Shown here piece after piece: positions 13,263 through 26,261 of a stretch of 63,643 bases of DNA. Every line of letters begins with the position of its first letter. The first letter of the stretch is position 1. Source of the stretch: Octopus bimaculoides (taxonomy: Eukaryota); NCBI RefSeq assembly GCF_001194135.2, contig NC_068996.1, positions 8,871,352 to 8,934,994 of the forward strand, given 5' to 3'. Below the pieces are notes generated by a model. The model made no database searches. It was not told the origin of the DNA and saw only the letters and a program-made list of their open reading frames with translations. The translations under genes and the position numbers were made by a program.

Positions 13263-14599
13263 ATATATATAATTGTTTGTTTTTATGTTCAGTTATAACT
13301 GAAACAGTTTTACATTAATCTGATGGATTACTCTATACTTTTCTAGAGTGCAAATTTCTTATTCTTGTACAAAAATATTGTAGTCCAATGATTGCTTAGC
13401 TGGCCAAAACTTTGAAGCCACTGTCAATATTCTTGTTTAAGAATAATATATATATATAGATATATATAATACACAAAAGTGTACAGTCAGATCCATGATG
13501 GGAGAGTCCGAAAAGTTCCAGTGGTAATCTGGGTTGAGCATAGGCTTCAAACATCAAAGACTTTTCCATTGTTCCCTCATCTGTCTTTGTCTTTTGTTTT
13601 CCTTGCTGGCGTGGCTGAATGTTTTGAGAGCAGCTGGCAAACCAGAGAACAGCATCTTGCTCTATTGTACTTGGGTGCCCTTCCCAACACCAACCTCTTT
13701 ACAGAGTGTACTGGGTGCTTTTTATGTGGCACCAGCATTAGTTGGGTCACCAAGAATTCCCCCCGCCCTCAACTGAGTATTGACAGAGATGGTGATGAGG
13801 GGTTAAAATATAACAGAGGGAGGGACAGAAACAGGTGTCTTTCAGTAGAGGAGATACTTGGCTGCCCCAGTTGGAAAAGAGAAAGGAGAAAACGGAAGGG
13901 AAAATGATAGGAAATGATGGTAAAGATATATCACTGAGGTGCACCCTCAAATTACAGGGAAGGGAAAATAAGCGAAGTGGTACAAAAGAGAGAGGGCGGG
14001 CAGATGAGTTTGCGAGAGTACAAAAGGAAAGCAGAAGGTAGAAGAGAGGTGAACACTGAGTGAACAAGGGGAAGGAGTGTTAGGAAGAGATTTGTCAGGG
14101 ACAGATTGTATGCAGGGGTATAGACATAAATGTCATGCTTTTAGACCCTCATTTTTATATAGATGGACAGGTTTTCTCAAGCATAGTAGATCACCAACCA
14201 CCTTGGTCCTTTGTTATCTGCTCTGTAAGACTCATCATCCTAAAGTCTTTTTTCACCACCTCTCAGGTCATTCTCGTCTGCAGTTTTCATCCATTTAGTG
14301 AATGGACTTCTTTTAGTTTCTGTCTATTATATATATGATGGGCTTCTTTCAGTTTCTGTCTATCAAATCGACTCGCAAGGCTTTTGTAAAAGACACTTGC
14401 CTATGGGTGCCAGGTTAAAAAAGAACAGTTGATAGGAAAAGTCAGAAATGTCCATGAAACTCAAACCCACATCTTTTGTAAGCTTGACAGATGATAGTCA
14501 TGCTTATACCTATTTTAATAATTTGTCTGTGCTTTTTTTTTATTATTATTCCCATGTTTTACAAGATTTCAATTTGATGATCAATATGTGTGTGTGTCT

Positions 14600-14830
14600 A
14601 ATATATACCATCATCATCATTATTTAAAGCCTGTTTCCCATGCAGGGTTGGCTTGGACGGTTTAACAGGATTTGAAAAATGTCTCAAGGACTGCATTGTG
14701 CTCCAGTGTCTGCTTGTCCATAGTTTCTAAAGCTGGATGCCCTTCCTAATACCAACAACTTTACAGTGTGTACCGTGTGCTTTTCATATGCCACCAGCAC
14801 TAGTATGGTTGCCATGCAGCTTTGCAAGAC
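14600..14830 (-). mobile_element. RTE 3'-UTR / RTE-partner SINE tail
   Basis: CATCATCATCATTATTTAAAGCCTGTTTCCCATGC...CTGGATGCCCTTCCTAATACCAAC, reverse of the (GAT)n-ending tail at 41590-41832. Confidence 0.75.
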
Positions 14831-16146
14831 TCTGAAGTCCAAGAGTTAGGAATGCAGCTTTGTGCAGCAGTACAAAAGGAAGGGTGGGTGGGGCAGCAGT
14901 ATGAAAGGAAGGGTGGGGCATAACAAGTTTTTGTTGTAGAGGAGCTATGTGGCTACTCACGATTAGAAGAAAGGAGGAGAATGATCAGTAAGAGCTGCAA
15001 GGAGATTAATAAGGGTCATGGGGTGGTATGCAGGTGGCACCTCAAGGTATGAGGTGAGTAGAAGTGAGTGAGAACAGAGAAGCTAGGAGTGTGAGTGAGG
15101 GAGGGTTTGTAATAGTGTAAGTGGTGAGGGAAAATATAGGAGTATGAAGGAAAGGGGGGATAGGTAGGGAACATCTATAAAGACTAAGTAAGCATGAAGG
15201 GTGGGTGTGGAGATGGGGGTGATGATGCCCAGTGGTGCAGGAGTTGGGGAAGGTACAAGGTACAAGGGAACCAGGGAGAATAGTGGAGGGTAGTAAGAGG
15301 AATGTTGATACATTTGAGAGGGGTGGAGGAAAGGGAAATGACATGTGGTTGGGTAGGATGAAGGGGAGAGAGAGAGGCAGGTTTAGTGTATGAGGAGAGG
15401 TAATTTGATGGTCAGTGGGGAGGAGAGAGGGGAGGTGGTAAGGNNNNNNNNNNNNNNNNNNNNNNNNNNNNNNNNNNNNNNNNNNNNNNNNNNNNNNNNN
15501 NNNNNNNNNNNNNNNNNNNNNNNNNNNNNNNNNNNNNNNNNNNNNNNNNNNNNNNNNNNNNNNNNNNNNNNNNNNNNNNNNNNNNNNNNNNNNNNNNNNN
15601 NNNNNNNNNNNNNNNNNNNNNNNNNNNNNNNNNNNNNNNNNNNNNNNNNNNNNNNNNNNNNNNNNNNNNNNNNNNNNNNNNNNNNNNNNNNNNNNNNNNN
15701 NNNNNNNNNNNNNNNNNNNNNNNNNNNNNNNNNNNNNNNNNNNNNNNNNNNNNNNNNNNNNNNNNNNNNNNNNNNNNNNNNNNNNNNNNNNNNNNNNNNN
15801 NNNNNNNNNNNNNNNNNNNNNNNNNNNNNNNNNNNNNNNNNNNNNNNNNNNNNNNNNNNNNNNNNNNNNNNNNNNNNNNNNNNNNNNNNNNNNNNNNNNN
15901 NNNNNNNNNNNNNNNNNNNNNNNNNNNNNNNNNNNNNNNNNNNNNNNNNNNNNNNNNNNNNNNNNNNNNNNNNNNNNNNNNNNNNNNNNNNNNNNNNNNN
16001 NNNNNNNNNNNNNNNNNNNNNNNNNNNNNNNNNNNNNNNNNNNNNNNNNNNNNNNNNNNNNNNNNNNNNNNNNNNNNNNNNNNNNNNNNNNNNNNNNNNN
16101 NNNNNNNNNNNNNNNNNNNNNNNNNNNNNNNNNNNNNNNNNNNNNN

Positions 16147-16186
<40 letters not shown>

Positions 16187-16199
16187 TGATCATTATCAT

Positions 16200-17170
16200 C
16201 TTTCATATGTAGTGAATGGAGGTAGTGAGAGCATTATGGTGTATGTTGACCAAAATGTCGTGAAATGCGATGGAAGTATTGGAAATAGTGCAAGAGAACT
16301 CTAGGGCAGGATGAAAGGATTGGACAAAAGTGAGGAAGGAGTCTAGTTGTTCACTGGAGAGTGAGGTCACACTGATTCAGTCATCAATATAATGACCGAA
16401 TAGTTCAGAACTGGGACCAGTGAATCGTGGGAATATTTGGGCCTTGACATAACGAATAAACAGGTTTGCATAGTTGGGGCCCATTCTCATTCTCATGGCC
16501 ACTCCCGAGACCTGTTGGTAAAAATCTCCTGTGAATAAGAGAATGAGATGCAGTTGAGGGAAAGAACAAGCTCAGCCAGACGAAGAAGTGCGGGGGTGTC
16601 AGGTTGGGGTTTGAGTCAAAGTTCTAGGAAATGTTTAAGTGGAAAAAGTCCTTCACCGTATATAGACTCTTGATATCAAGAGTGAAGAGAAGTTTAGAGG
16701 GGTCAGGAGAAAGAGTCGAAAAGATGGAGAGCCTGGTTAGTGTCATGAATGTGTGAGGGGAGGGAAGCTGCTAGTGGGGCAAGGACATGGTCGAGGTATT
16801 TTGAGATCAATTCTGTGGGGCAGCCAGGGTTGTGGGGCTTTTGGATTTTGGGAAGGAAATAAATGGTGGGGGTGCAAGGAGTGCAGACAATGAGGTTGGA
16901 GGTGGTAGGAGGGAGACGGGAGGAGGAGATGTGGTCATGGATAGTGGAGGGCAGAGGGTAATAGAAGGAGGTATCTTGAAGTTGGTGGAGAGCTTCAGCC
17001 TTGTAGAGGTCTGCGCACCACACCACCACAGCTCCACCCTTCTGAGCCGGTTTTATGATGATGTCTTTGTGGCGTCAGAGACATCAAAGGACCGAGAGTT
17101 TGGCGAGGTCTGCTACCTGTATACTGAAAGGAAAGTATTTGACCAGTACATACCCCATCCCCTCATCCTA
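16200..17170 (-). mobile_element. Penelope-like retroelement reverse-transcriptase fragment (pseudogenised)
   Basis: Minus translations IYFLPKIQKP, CPTELISKYLDHVLAPL, LLFTLDIKSLYTV, LLRLAELVLSLN, VSGVAM..MGPNYANLF and YIDD (16380-16391) are characteristic PLE RT motifs; stops and frameshifts present. Confidence 0.92.
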
Positions 17171-17894
17171 CGGGGGGGAGGGGCACATCTAATATTTCTT
17201 CTTCCTTCTATTCTTCTGAATCATGATACTTGAATGGGGAGAGACAGAGAGAGATTGTGTCATATCTATTACTATCTGATAGAGTCCTCCCCTAATTACC
17301 TTTGTGAGCCACCCACCTGCTTCATCATTACCTCCTCCCCTTCAACTCACTTTTTGATTGACATCTTTCACTCTCTTGCTGTCACTATCTTCATTATCTG
17401 ACACGTGTTCATCCTTACTAACATTACCTCCCCTTACTATACCATTGGGATGCCACTACTTTACTATACCACTAGAGGTCTCTCCCTTTCTCTCTGGTCA
17501 TGCTTTACAGACATCCATTTCAGTTTCTTATCACTAACCATTCCTACAGCTATCCTAATGGCAACTCTGTCTCCTTCTTTCTCTTCACCTACAAACAAGT
17601 AACTATTTACTGCTATCTCTCCCTTTGTACTCTTCCTTTACTATTCCTCTATTATCTCTCCTATTTCCTCTTCCTCTTCTCTTATGCCCTCCTATTCTCT
17701 CTCTTTCTCTCATCTTAGTTCACCCTCTGTAATCACCCTCTCTCTCTCTCTCTTCTTACCAATTTAATATAAAATTTTGGGGGTCCAGGTAACGAAATAC
17801 TAAAATGGGGTCCACAATAGTATTTTAAGGCCCCCCCCCCCTGAAAAAATCTTTTGCTTTAGATGTATTTAATGGTATGTATTACAAAAAACGT

Positions 17895-18112
17895 GGAGAC
17901 GTGTGGCTTAGTGGTTAGGGTGTCAGCATCATGATGGTAAGATTGTGGTTTCGATTCCTGGACCGGGCGACGCGTTGTGTTCTTGAGCAAAACACTTCAT
18001 TTCACGTTGCTCCAGTCCACTCAGCTGGCAAAAATTAGTAACGCTGCGATGGACTGGTGTCCCGTCCAGCTGGGGGACACATACGCCATTGAAACCAGGA
18101 AACTGGACCCAT
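17895..18112 (+). mobile_element. SINE-D (tRNA-derived)
   Basis: GGAGACGTGTGGCTTAGTGGTTAGGG (A-box-like) ... GGTTTCGATTCC (B-box) ... GTTGCTCCAGTCCACTCAGCTG; degenerate second copy at about 46330-46570. Confidence 0.85.
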
Positions 18113-18435
18113 TAGTTTCACAAGGCTTTAAAAGGACGCATTTAGTTGTTTTTTTTTATTACAAAAAAGAGCTCGGTTTCTTTCTCTAATGTTTTACATA
18201 GTTCAACCTACACAAATTAATGTGTGAAAAATGAAATAGAAATTTTGAAAGAAGCATTTATAAAAGAGCGAATAGCTATGGCGTTCCACCAGAGTAAAAT
18301 AGTAATCAAAGGGGTTCATAGATGATAAAAAAAAATGGTTGAGAACCCCTGCTCTAAACAAATGGAGATAACATAGAGCTGTGAGGATGCTGAGACAAGG
18401 CAACCTTACAAGTACTATTATCACAATAAGGCAGC

Positions 18436-18650
18436 AAACTGGCAGAGTTGTCAGTACGCTGAGCAAACGCTTAGCAGCATTTTGTACATCTTTGCATTCT
18501 GAGTTCAAATTCCACTGAGGTTGACTTTGCCTTTCATCCTTTTAGGGTCGATAAAATAAGTGCCAGTTGAACTCTGGCGGGGTTGATGAAATTGACTTAC
18601 ACCGTCCCACCAAAGTTTCTGGCCTTGTGCCAAAATTTGAAATTTGTATT
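18436..18650 (+). mobile_element. SINE-A copy
   Basis: CTGGCAGAGTTGTCAG...GAGTTCAAATTCCACTGAGGTTGACTTTGCCTTTCATCCTTTTAGGGTCGATAAA. Confidence 0.85.
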
Positions 18651-19034
18651 ACAATAAAGTGCATTAAGTGCAGTTTGCAAAGTGATGGACGATTAACTGA
18701 AAAATCAGAGAATCGGTAGAACCCTTCATCTTGTATTGCAAGGGACAGTACAAGCTCTCCTGCTGCTGGTGCCATGCAAAAAAAAAAAAAAAATGCACAA
18801 AGTAAACACTGTAAAGTGGTTAATATTAGGAAGGGTATATAGCCATGGAAAACACACCAAAACCAAAATGATTAAATGGAATGTGGTGTGCTGGCTATGA
18901 TGAAAAGGACAGCAACACAAAACGAGAACTGACTCCAATTGTAATTCTCTGTCCAACCAATACCAGCATGGAAATTAAACTTAAAGTGACAATGACTATG
19001 ATGATGATGAGTGTGTGTGTTAATATTTGTTGTA

Positions 19035-20303
19035 TCAGGCTGAGTAAAAAGTAAGCAACGTTTTGAAACATGAAATTAATCACAATATATTCTAACAATG
19101 CGGAAATTTTATTGATCAAAGTAAGTACCATTACAATCAACACATTTTTGCCAACGAGTTAAAAGTTTGTTTATTCCACTAACATAAAAATCTGGAGTTC
19201 TTGAGCTGATGAACTCTTTGAATGCACTTTCAACATCAGTTTGATTTTTGAACTCCTTCTCTCGCAGGAAACCATCAAGAGTGGTAGTTGGTAGGAGAAA
19301 GGTCTGGGGAATAAGCTGGGTGGAAAAGAATTTTGTAGCCAAGTTCCCTCAACTTCTGGAGTGTCATTAGTGAAACATGTGGCTAAACATGTGGCTAAAC
19401 ATTGGCCCTCTTCTGTTGACTTGTCTGGGACAGAGGAGTAGCAGTTTATCACTCATTTTGGCAATTTTATGGCAATATATTTCTGCAGTAATGGTTTTTT
19501 TCGGGTTTTTAGAAGTTATAGTGGATGAGTCCAGCAGTACACCATCAAACAATCACCATGACCTTCTTTTTGAAGAGCTTGGATTTAGGGAAGATTTTCA
19601 GTGCTTCATTTTGGTCCAACCACTGCAAAGAACGTTTTTTATTATTGTACAGAATCCACTTTTTATCGCAAGTTACGATATGGTCAAGAAATGGATCAGT
19701 CTGGCTACAGAGAAGAAGCGACGAGCAAATTTCATATCTGTGCATTTTCTTATTTTCATTCAAATCATGCGGTACCCATTTGTCGAGCTTTTTTGATTTT
19801 CCGATTGCATGCAAATGGTTGCAGGCAGTTTTCTGTATAACCTGAAGTTCTTTTGCCAGTTCTCAAGTTGTTTTACATGAATCTTTCTCAATGACGGTCT
19901 TTAATTGACCGTCATCGATGACAGATGGGCGTCCACTACGCTTACGATCTTCAAGGCTCAGCTCTCCACTGCAAAATCGTTTAAACCATTTTCGAGCTGA
20001 CCACTCACGGGTCATTTCCTCACCAAATGTTTCACTGATATTGCGAACAGTTTCAGCTGCTTTACGTTCTTTTTTGAAGTTGAATAGCAAAATTGTTTGA
20101 ATATCATGCTTTAATATTTCAGATGATTGTAACAATGGTGAAAATAATATCAATGTTAATTTTTGATGCATTTGGGCAAGTCTATATCTGTATTATCAGA
20201 CAATTCCAAAAAAAAAGATGTTTAAAAAAAATTCAAAACACTGCAGAAATCCAGTACAAATTCTTCATAGTTCAAAACAATGCTTACTTTTTACTCAATC
20301 TGA
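19035..20303 (-). mobile_element. Full-length decayed mariner (DD34D, Hsmar1/cecropia-like) transposon
   Basis: TIRs TCAGGCTGAGTAAAAAGTAAGCA / TGCTTACTTTTTACTCAATCTGA flanked by TA; transposase pieces in several frames: N-terminal HTH (RKWFKRF, RSGRPS), WVPHDL, IVTCDKKWILYNN, GINKLLTRWQKCVDCNGTYFD. Confidence 0.97.
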
Positions 20304-20377
20304 TATAAATTTATATATATAATGTATATCATGGTACATATATATATGTATGTCTATTACTGTATGTGTTCACACAT

Positions 20378-20440
<63 letters not shown>

Positions 20441-20666
20441 AGCATGCATGTGTGTGCATGCTTGTATATCAAATATGATTTGACAGTAAATTCAAGTTTT
20501 GTTTGTGAGAATTCTATGTAAAGGGTTTCACTATGTAAATGAGCCTAAAGTGGCAAGCCTTGAAATCTGTTCCCATACATACATACATATGCAAACATAC
20601 GTGCATATACATATATTCACATGAACATATGTACATACCATACATACATATGTACGCACATATGTA

Positions 20667-20705
<39 letters not shown>

Positions 20706-20713
20706 ACATGCAA

Positions 20714-20748
<35 letters not shown>

Positions 20749-20887
20749 TGCATGTACATAGATATATTAAAATATGATTAAATACATGCATGCATGATAT
20801 AATTGGACTCTACTAACCTGTATTGAGACTTTTAATCAGTAAATGTTTGATATATATAATTTATATCAGATATACAAATGTGTGGTT

Positions 20888-20931
<44 letters not shown>

Positions 20932-21542
20932 GTATGTATCACACCTGTACCTGGATATACCTCTGCAAAGAATAACTCTTACCTGAATGGGCTACAGTGT
21001 TCAAAGTATGACTGTAACATGAAGATGGTTCAATGTGCTTTTCCAGATGGTACTATACTGGCTGAAACCTATTAAAGTATATATATCATCATCGTCATCA
21101 TTATCATTACCATCATCATCATCATTATCATCATCATCATCATTTGCTGTCCATCATGTTCCATGCTGGCATAGGTTAGATGGTTTGACAGGAACTGTTG
21201 GCCCCTAAGTACTACATCACACTCCAGTTTGGTTTCTATGGCTGGATGCACATACACACACACAGAAAAAAAAAAAAATATGCCACTTTTTGATTTGGGT
21301 CTGTGCATTAATGTGTGTGAATGTTGATATTTCATGGCTTCAATTGAATGAAATAGTCATATCATGTTTACATTCCTTATTGGTTATTGTGAATGGTCAC
21401 AATAAAAAGAATTGTGTACCTGAAAAGTAAGTTAAGATTTGTCAATGTAAAGGCCATCAAGACATAATATTCTGTCTCAGATAAGCTCTCATACAACCTA
21501 TGCTAGCATGAGAAAATGTTATTTAAAAATGAATGATATGTA

Positions 21543-21761
21543 TGAGAAGATGTTGAAAAGTTCCTGGCTTTGGGTTAAAGAAAATACAGAAGAATCAGTT
21601 AATTATGATTTTGTGTTCAACATATTCCCCTTCTCAGATTCACACATTTATTGCAGTGGTCCTGCAGTTTTTCTAAGCCCTGTAAAAAACTTGGAAGTTT
21701 GGGCCTCCAACCAGGCCTTTCATGATACTCTTACAGCCAGGAACTTTTCAGTACTGCCTCA
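21543..21761. mobile_element. Mariner deletion derivative / MITE
   Basis: TA-flanked TIRs TGAG...TGAAAAGTTCCTGGCT / AGCCAGGAACTTTTCA...CTCA; the interior on the minus strand resembles a mariner C-terminus (WLEAQ..KF..GL.K....C.KCV.L.GEYVE pattern, frameshifted). Confidence 0.8.
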
Positions 21762-21786
21762 TATGTGCACACATACAAGTTAGCAT

Positions 21787-22022
21787 AAAGGCGGCGAGCT
21801 GGCAGAAACGTTAGCACGCTGGGCGAAATGCTTAGTGGTATTTCGTCTGTCTTTACATTCTGAGATCAAATTCTGCCGATATCGACTTTGCCTTTCATCA
21901 TTTTGGGGTCAATTAAATAAGTACCAGTTACACACTGGGGTTGATATAATCGACTTAATCCGTTTGTCTGTCCTTGTTTGTCCCCTCTGTGTGTAGCCCC
22001 TTGTGGGTAGTAAAGAAATAAC
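21787..22022 (+). mobile_element. SINE-A copy (CCCCTTGTGGG tail variant)
   Basis: GGCGGCGAGCTGGCAGAAACGTTAGCACG head; tail TTTGTCTGTCCTTGTTTGTCCCCTC...CCCCTTGTGGGTAGTAAAGAAATA. Confidence 0.92.
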
Positions 22023-22448
22023 ACAAGTTGGTATAACTGATAAAAAGAGTGAGTAGACTTGCTGTGAGGAGTGAGAGAATCCAATGTTTCAGAGTCCTTT
22101 AGGGAAAAGTTGAAAGAGAAATAAATGAGAGACAGCAGAATTTTACATCCTTTAAGTTGAAGAAAAAAAAGAATACTAGCTGCAAAAGTACTCAAGTACA
22201 GGTAATCTAATTACTGAGGCTTCCATTAAAGATTTGGCGAGGTAGAACAGAATGGATATGGTTCGCCTTGAGACAGGATCCTCCAAAAATTGATCTGTAG
22301 CTATGATATTTATTTATCTTCCTTCTGTCATAAGAAGGGTCCCACTTGAGAGTTGTGTGCCCTTCATTGGAGCTCCAAGAATGTAGATCAATGTATTGGC
22401 CCAAACTTCTCGCTCCTTATAGGCCCATTCTATTACATTTAAGTCTAC

Positions 22449-22660
22449 AAGGTGGCGAGCTGGCAGAGACGGTAGCACACCGGGCGAAATGCTTATCGGT
22501 ATTTCGTCTGCCGCTACGTTCTGAGTTCAAATTCCACCGAGGTCAACTTTGCCTTTCATCCTTTTGGGGTTGATAAATTAAGTACCTGTTGCATACTGGT
22601 GTCGATCTAATCGACTGGCCCTCTTCCCCAAAATTTCGAGACTTGTGTCTAGAGTAGAAA
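22449..22660 (+). mobile_element. SINE-A copy (CTAGAGTAGAA tail variant)
   Basis: GGTGGCGAGCTGGCAGAG head; tail CTTGTGTCTAGAGTAGAAAAG, as at 3856-4071. Confidence 0.92.
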
Positions 22661-23612
22661 AGATTACTTTTAAGTTTATGGAATTTCCACATGTTAAGGA
22701 GACATTAAAGCAATCATGTGCAAACTACAGCCCATGGAATTTTCTGAGTGGCACACCTAATATAAAACAAAAACAAAATTACCTTGAATTTTTTAGTATT
22801 GCAGCTTGTCTGATGATGAGCTATGTTATGTGGCCTGCTTCTTGGAAAAATTGCTCTTGCCTGCACTAGAATAACAGGTTATGAGATCAGTAACGCACAA
22901 ACACATGTACTCAAATATATGTAAGCACACAGTCATAAACTGGGCTTTGTGGTTTAAAAAGTTTGTTTTGCTCCCGTGAGGCTTTGGGTCAGTCCTAGTG
23001 CTGTACTTTAGATCTATGTCTTCTGTGGGTCAACTAATGTCTTGTTAGTGAATTTGGCCGATGTTAATTATGTGCAAGCTCGTCCTATGCACATGCATCA
23101 GATGTGTATATGTGTGTGTGAGACAGAGTGTGTGTGTATTTGTGTCTCACCACTTAACAACTCGTGTTGGTTTTGTTTTTGACTTTGTAACTTTGCTGTT
23201 CAACAAACTGATCAAATATTGAACTTACAAAATAAAAAAAAAATAATGTAGTGGAATCGATTGGATCAAATAAACCGGTTCAATGCGTTACCCCAGCATG
23301 GTCAAAGTCCCGTGTACTTGTGTACTGATAAAAGAAAAGAATATGCACACACACACACACACACATGATTCATCTTCCGTTTTCTGATGATACAGTTTCC
23401 CCTTGCAAGCCCACAAGACTTTAAGTCAGATGGAACTGAGTCAAACATTAAAAAAACATGTAATTACCCCACCCCCAATGTTTTGTACCGCCCTCTTTCG
23501 TTTGTCTGCTCCTGTCTATCTATCATTTGGTACCCTAATTTTAAAGCTCATTTTACCTATTTTGGTTAAGTTTGCTGGCCACTTTATTATTATTATTATT
23601 ATTATTATTATC

Positions 23613-23647
<35 letters not shown>

Positions 23648-23750
23648 AATCGTATTTTAAATATATATATATATATACATATATATACATGTATTTATAT
23701 ATATAAACTTACTGTTAACAAAAGGCAGGATGTCTGGCGTTCAGTTACTC

Positions 23751-23912
23751 AATAAATGAAAAATGCATTAAATACCACAAAACTTACACGCAGGACAGAC
23801 ACAGAAGGACCGTAATTCTTCATCGGTTATTGACCCGAAATACTAATATTCAGTTTCGTGCCTGTCTATCCTACGTGTACGTTTTGTAGTATTTAATGCA
23901 TTTTCATTTATT
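23751..23912. repeat. Inverted repeat with ~50-bp arms (probable MITE)
   Basis: AATAAATGAAAAATGCATTAAATACCACAAAACTTACACGCAGGACAGAC pairs with the reverse complement of about 23862-23912, with about 4 mismatches. Confidence 0.8.
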
Positions 23913-24103
23913 ATATATAGGTATGTTGGTGCAAACAGGAAAAATAAAACTCAAAATATGAGCATATGTACATCGTTATTAACATTTAGCCGAAGTAACA
24001 GAGTGACTCAAAGACCAAGAGTTCGATGCGTTGGCACTTATGAAAGTTTGGTAAGTGCCTACGCACGAACCTCTCGGTCCTTGAGTCACTCTGTTGCTTC
24101 TGC

Positions 24104-24146
<43 letters not shown>

Positions 24147-24433
24147 GCGCGTAGGTGTGTGTGGGTGTATAAGGATGTGTGTAAAGGCACGTCTGTATGT
24201 TTTTTCAAAGTTTATCTGCTATGTAAGTATATTCCTGTATGTAGAAAATATACATCCGTTACAAACAATAATAAACATCATCATTAAAATTGAGATTCGT
24301 GCATCTGTGTGTATTCAAGTATCTGTGTGTACGGATGTGCGCGTACATATGTAACACGCTGTGTGTGCATAATAACTGCATTGTTTTTAACCGGTTACTG
24401 TTAATAAGAAATGTGTATTTGTGAGAGAGAGAT

Positions 24434-24471
<38 letters not shown>

Positions 24472-26261
24472 GGGAGGGTAAAAGAAAGAGGGGGATCCTT
24501 AACGAATGTTTTGTACTTATAACGTGTAGCAGTGCCCTTAGTAACAAAATAAATACTGTAATATTTATTGTTTTCTTACTGCTATTTCATTTATGTTGCT
24601 TGTTTATTATAACTGCTGAGCAGTACTTGCTAAACAGCAGCAGCAGCAGTGGTTGGGTGTGTTGGTTGGTGTTTTTACTGGTGTTATTCTTTACTAACTT
24701 AACTGGTTCGTTAGTTGTTCGGAGCTGGTTTTTTGGTTGTTGTTCAAACTTGCCCTGCCTTCAGTCAGTTGTTGTTCAACTTGCCCTGTCTTCGTCCCTA
24801 CTGATCAAGCAAACATGTGACGAAAGGAAGAGGTCTTGCCATGACCACTACACCGCGTTTTTTTTTCTTTTTCTTTTCTATTTCTAGACTACGCCGTCCA
24901 ATTTCAATATACCGTTCCATTGAAACAACACGATTTTAATTTGAGGGATATTTTAACTGTTATTTCTTTCTAGCAAGTCGATCGAATATGTAGAGAAGCC
25001 ATGGGCAAACCTGCTGCCCACAGTACTTTCAGAATGACATACCTGACGAATAATTACCTGGAATTTTTTTTAGTACGGCAAGCCTGGTGAATGAGCCATG
25101 TCTCCTGCGGCTCGCTTCTGCGGCTCGCTTCTTGAAAAAGGTTGCGCAGGCCTGGTGTTTGGGGGTCATTTGTTTACTCTGAGATTGTACCTGATTGTTG
25201 TTATTCTTGCTTCTGTCTCGAACTAGTAAACCTCTGCTTTGAATTAGTAATCCTCTGTTTAAAAGCTCTCCGACCCGTGACCATCTCGCCTTTTCAAAGA
25301 TATGTTTGTTATCGGACACGAACTAACGAGCTCTTTCCTTATTTAATAAAACAGAGTGGGATTAGTTAGATTTGAGGAAGATGTGGTTGCTATTTCTAGC
25401 AGAGTGAAGCACCAACAGAGAGGTTTCTTCTTTTATTGACACGAGTTATACTGGTGCCTTCGAAATGTTTGCCAAGTATTTACTACAAGAAGACCACCAC
25501 CACCACCATCACTTCTTCTTCTTCGTTCTTTTCTTCCACCTCTTACTACTAAAGTCGACAAAGGAGTTTCTCTCTTTCTCTCACTCTCTCAACTCTGCGA
25601 CTTGTCCTGCTAGAAATAATAACCAAATTCCCTCATATTACACTACTGTCTGTCACATAACAGGAAAAACATGTTGAATAGTGTATCCTTTGTATATATG
25701 TATGTATGTATGTACGTACATACATACAAACACAAGCAGAATGGGATGATTAGAGTTGGAATGTCTTTGATCAAGGCTGATTAAGACAGAACAAAAACCA
25801 TCACGGCTGTTGCAGTCGTCAGCATCATCAACATTGTGATAAATATCATATTGTCAGCAACACCGTCTCCGTCTACAGCAGCAGCAGCAGCACCACCACC
25901 ACCACCACCACTTATGACGATGTTACCATCAAGCCAAAAAATGAAGAGGGCTCTAAGTGGTCGCTTAGCCTGCTAAAAATAGCGACCGAATCACTTTCAA
26001 ATTATACCATATAGCTTCTTATATTCATTCAACCATATAGTCCTAGATGTAATGTCTAAAAAAATAGGACGGCATGGCCTTGGGTCATAGAATGCTGTTG
26101 ATCACATGCCGAATCGATCAGTGTTGATCCTTTTCCTTTGAATGGAGCCTGGCAGGTAGCTTCCAAACCCGTCTTTAGCTCTACGGGCATCAAGCCAATG
26201 TGCCTTCTTCAACCACCCACTTCCGACACACTTCTTATAAGCTCTGTATATATAACCTGCT

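Noticed and set aside
17895-17975. Possible tRNA genes at SINE heads (also 26262, 42222, 56014)
   Set aside because: A/B-box-like motifs are present, but I could not fold a complete cloverleaf; they continue into SINE bodies, with TSDs at 26262 and 56014.
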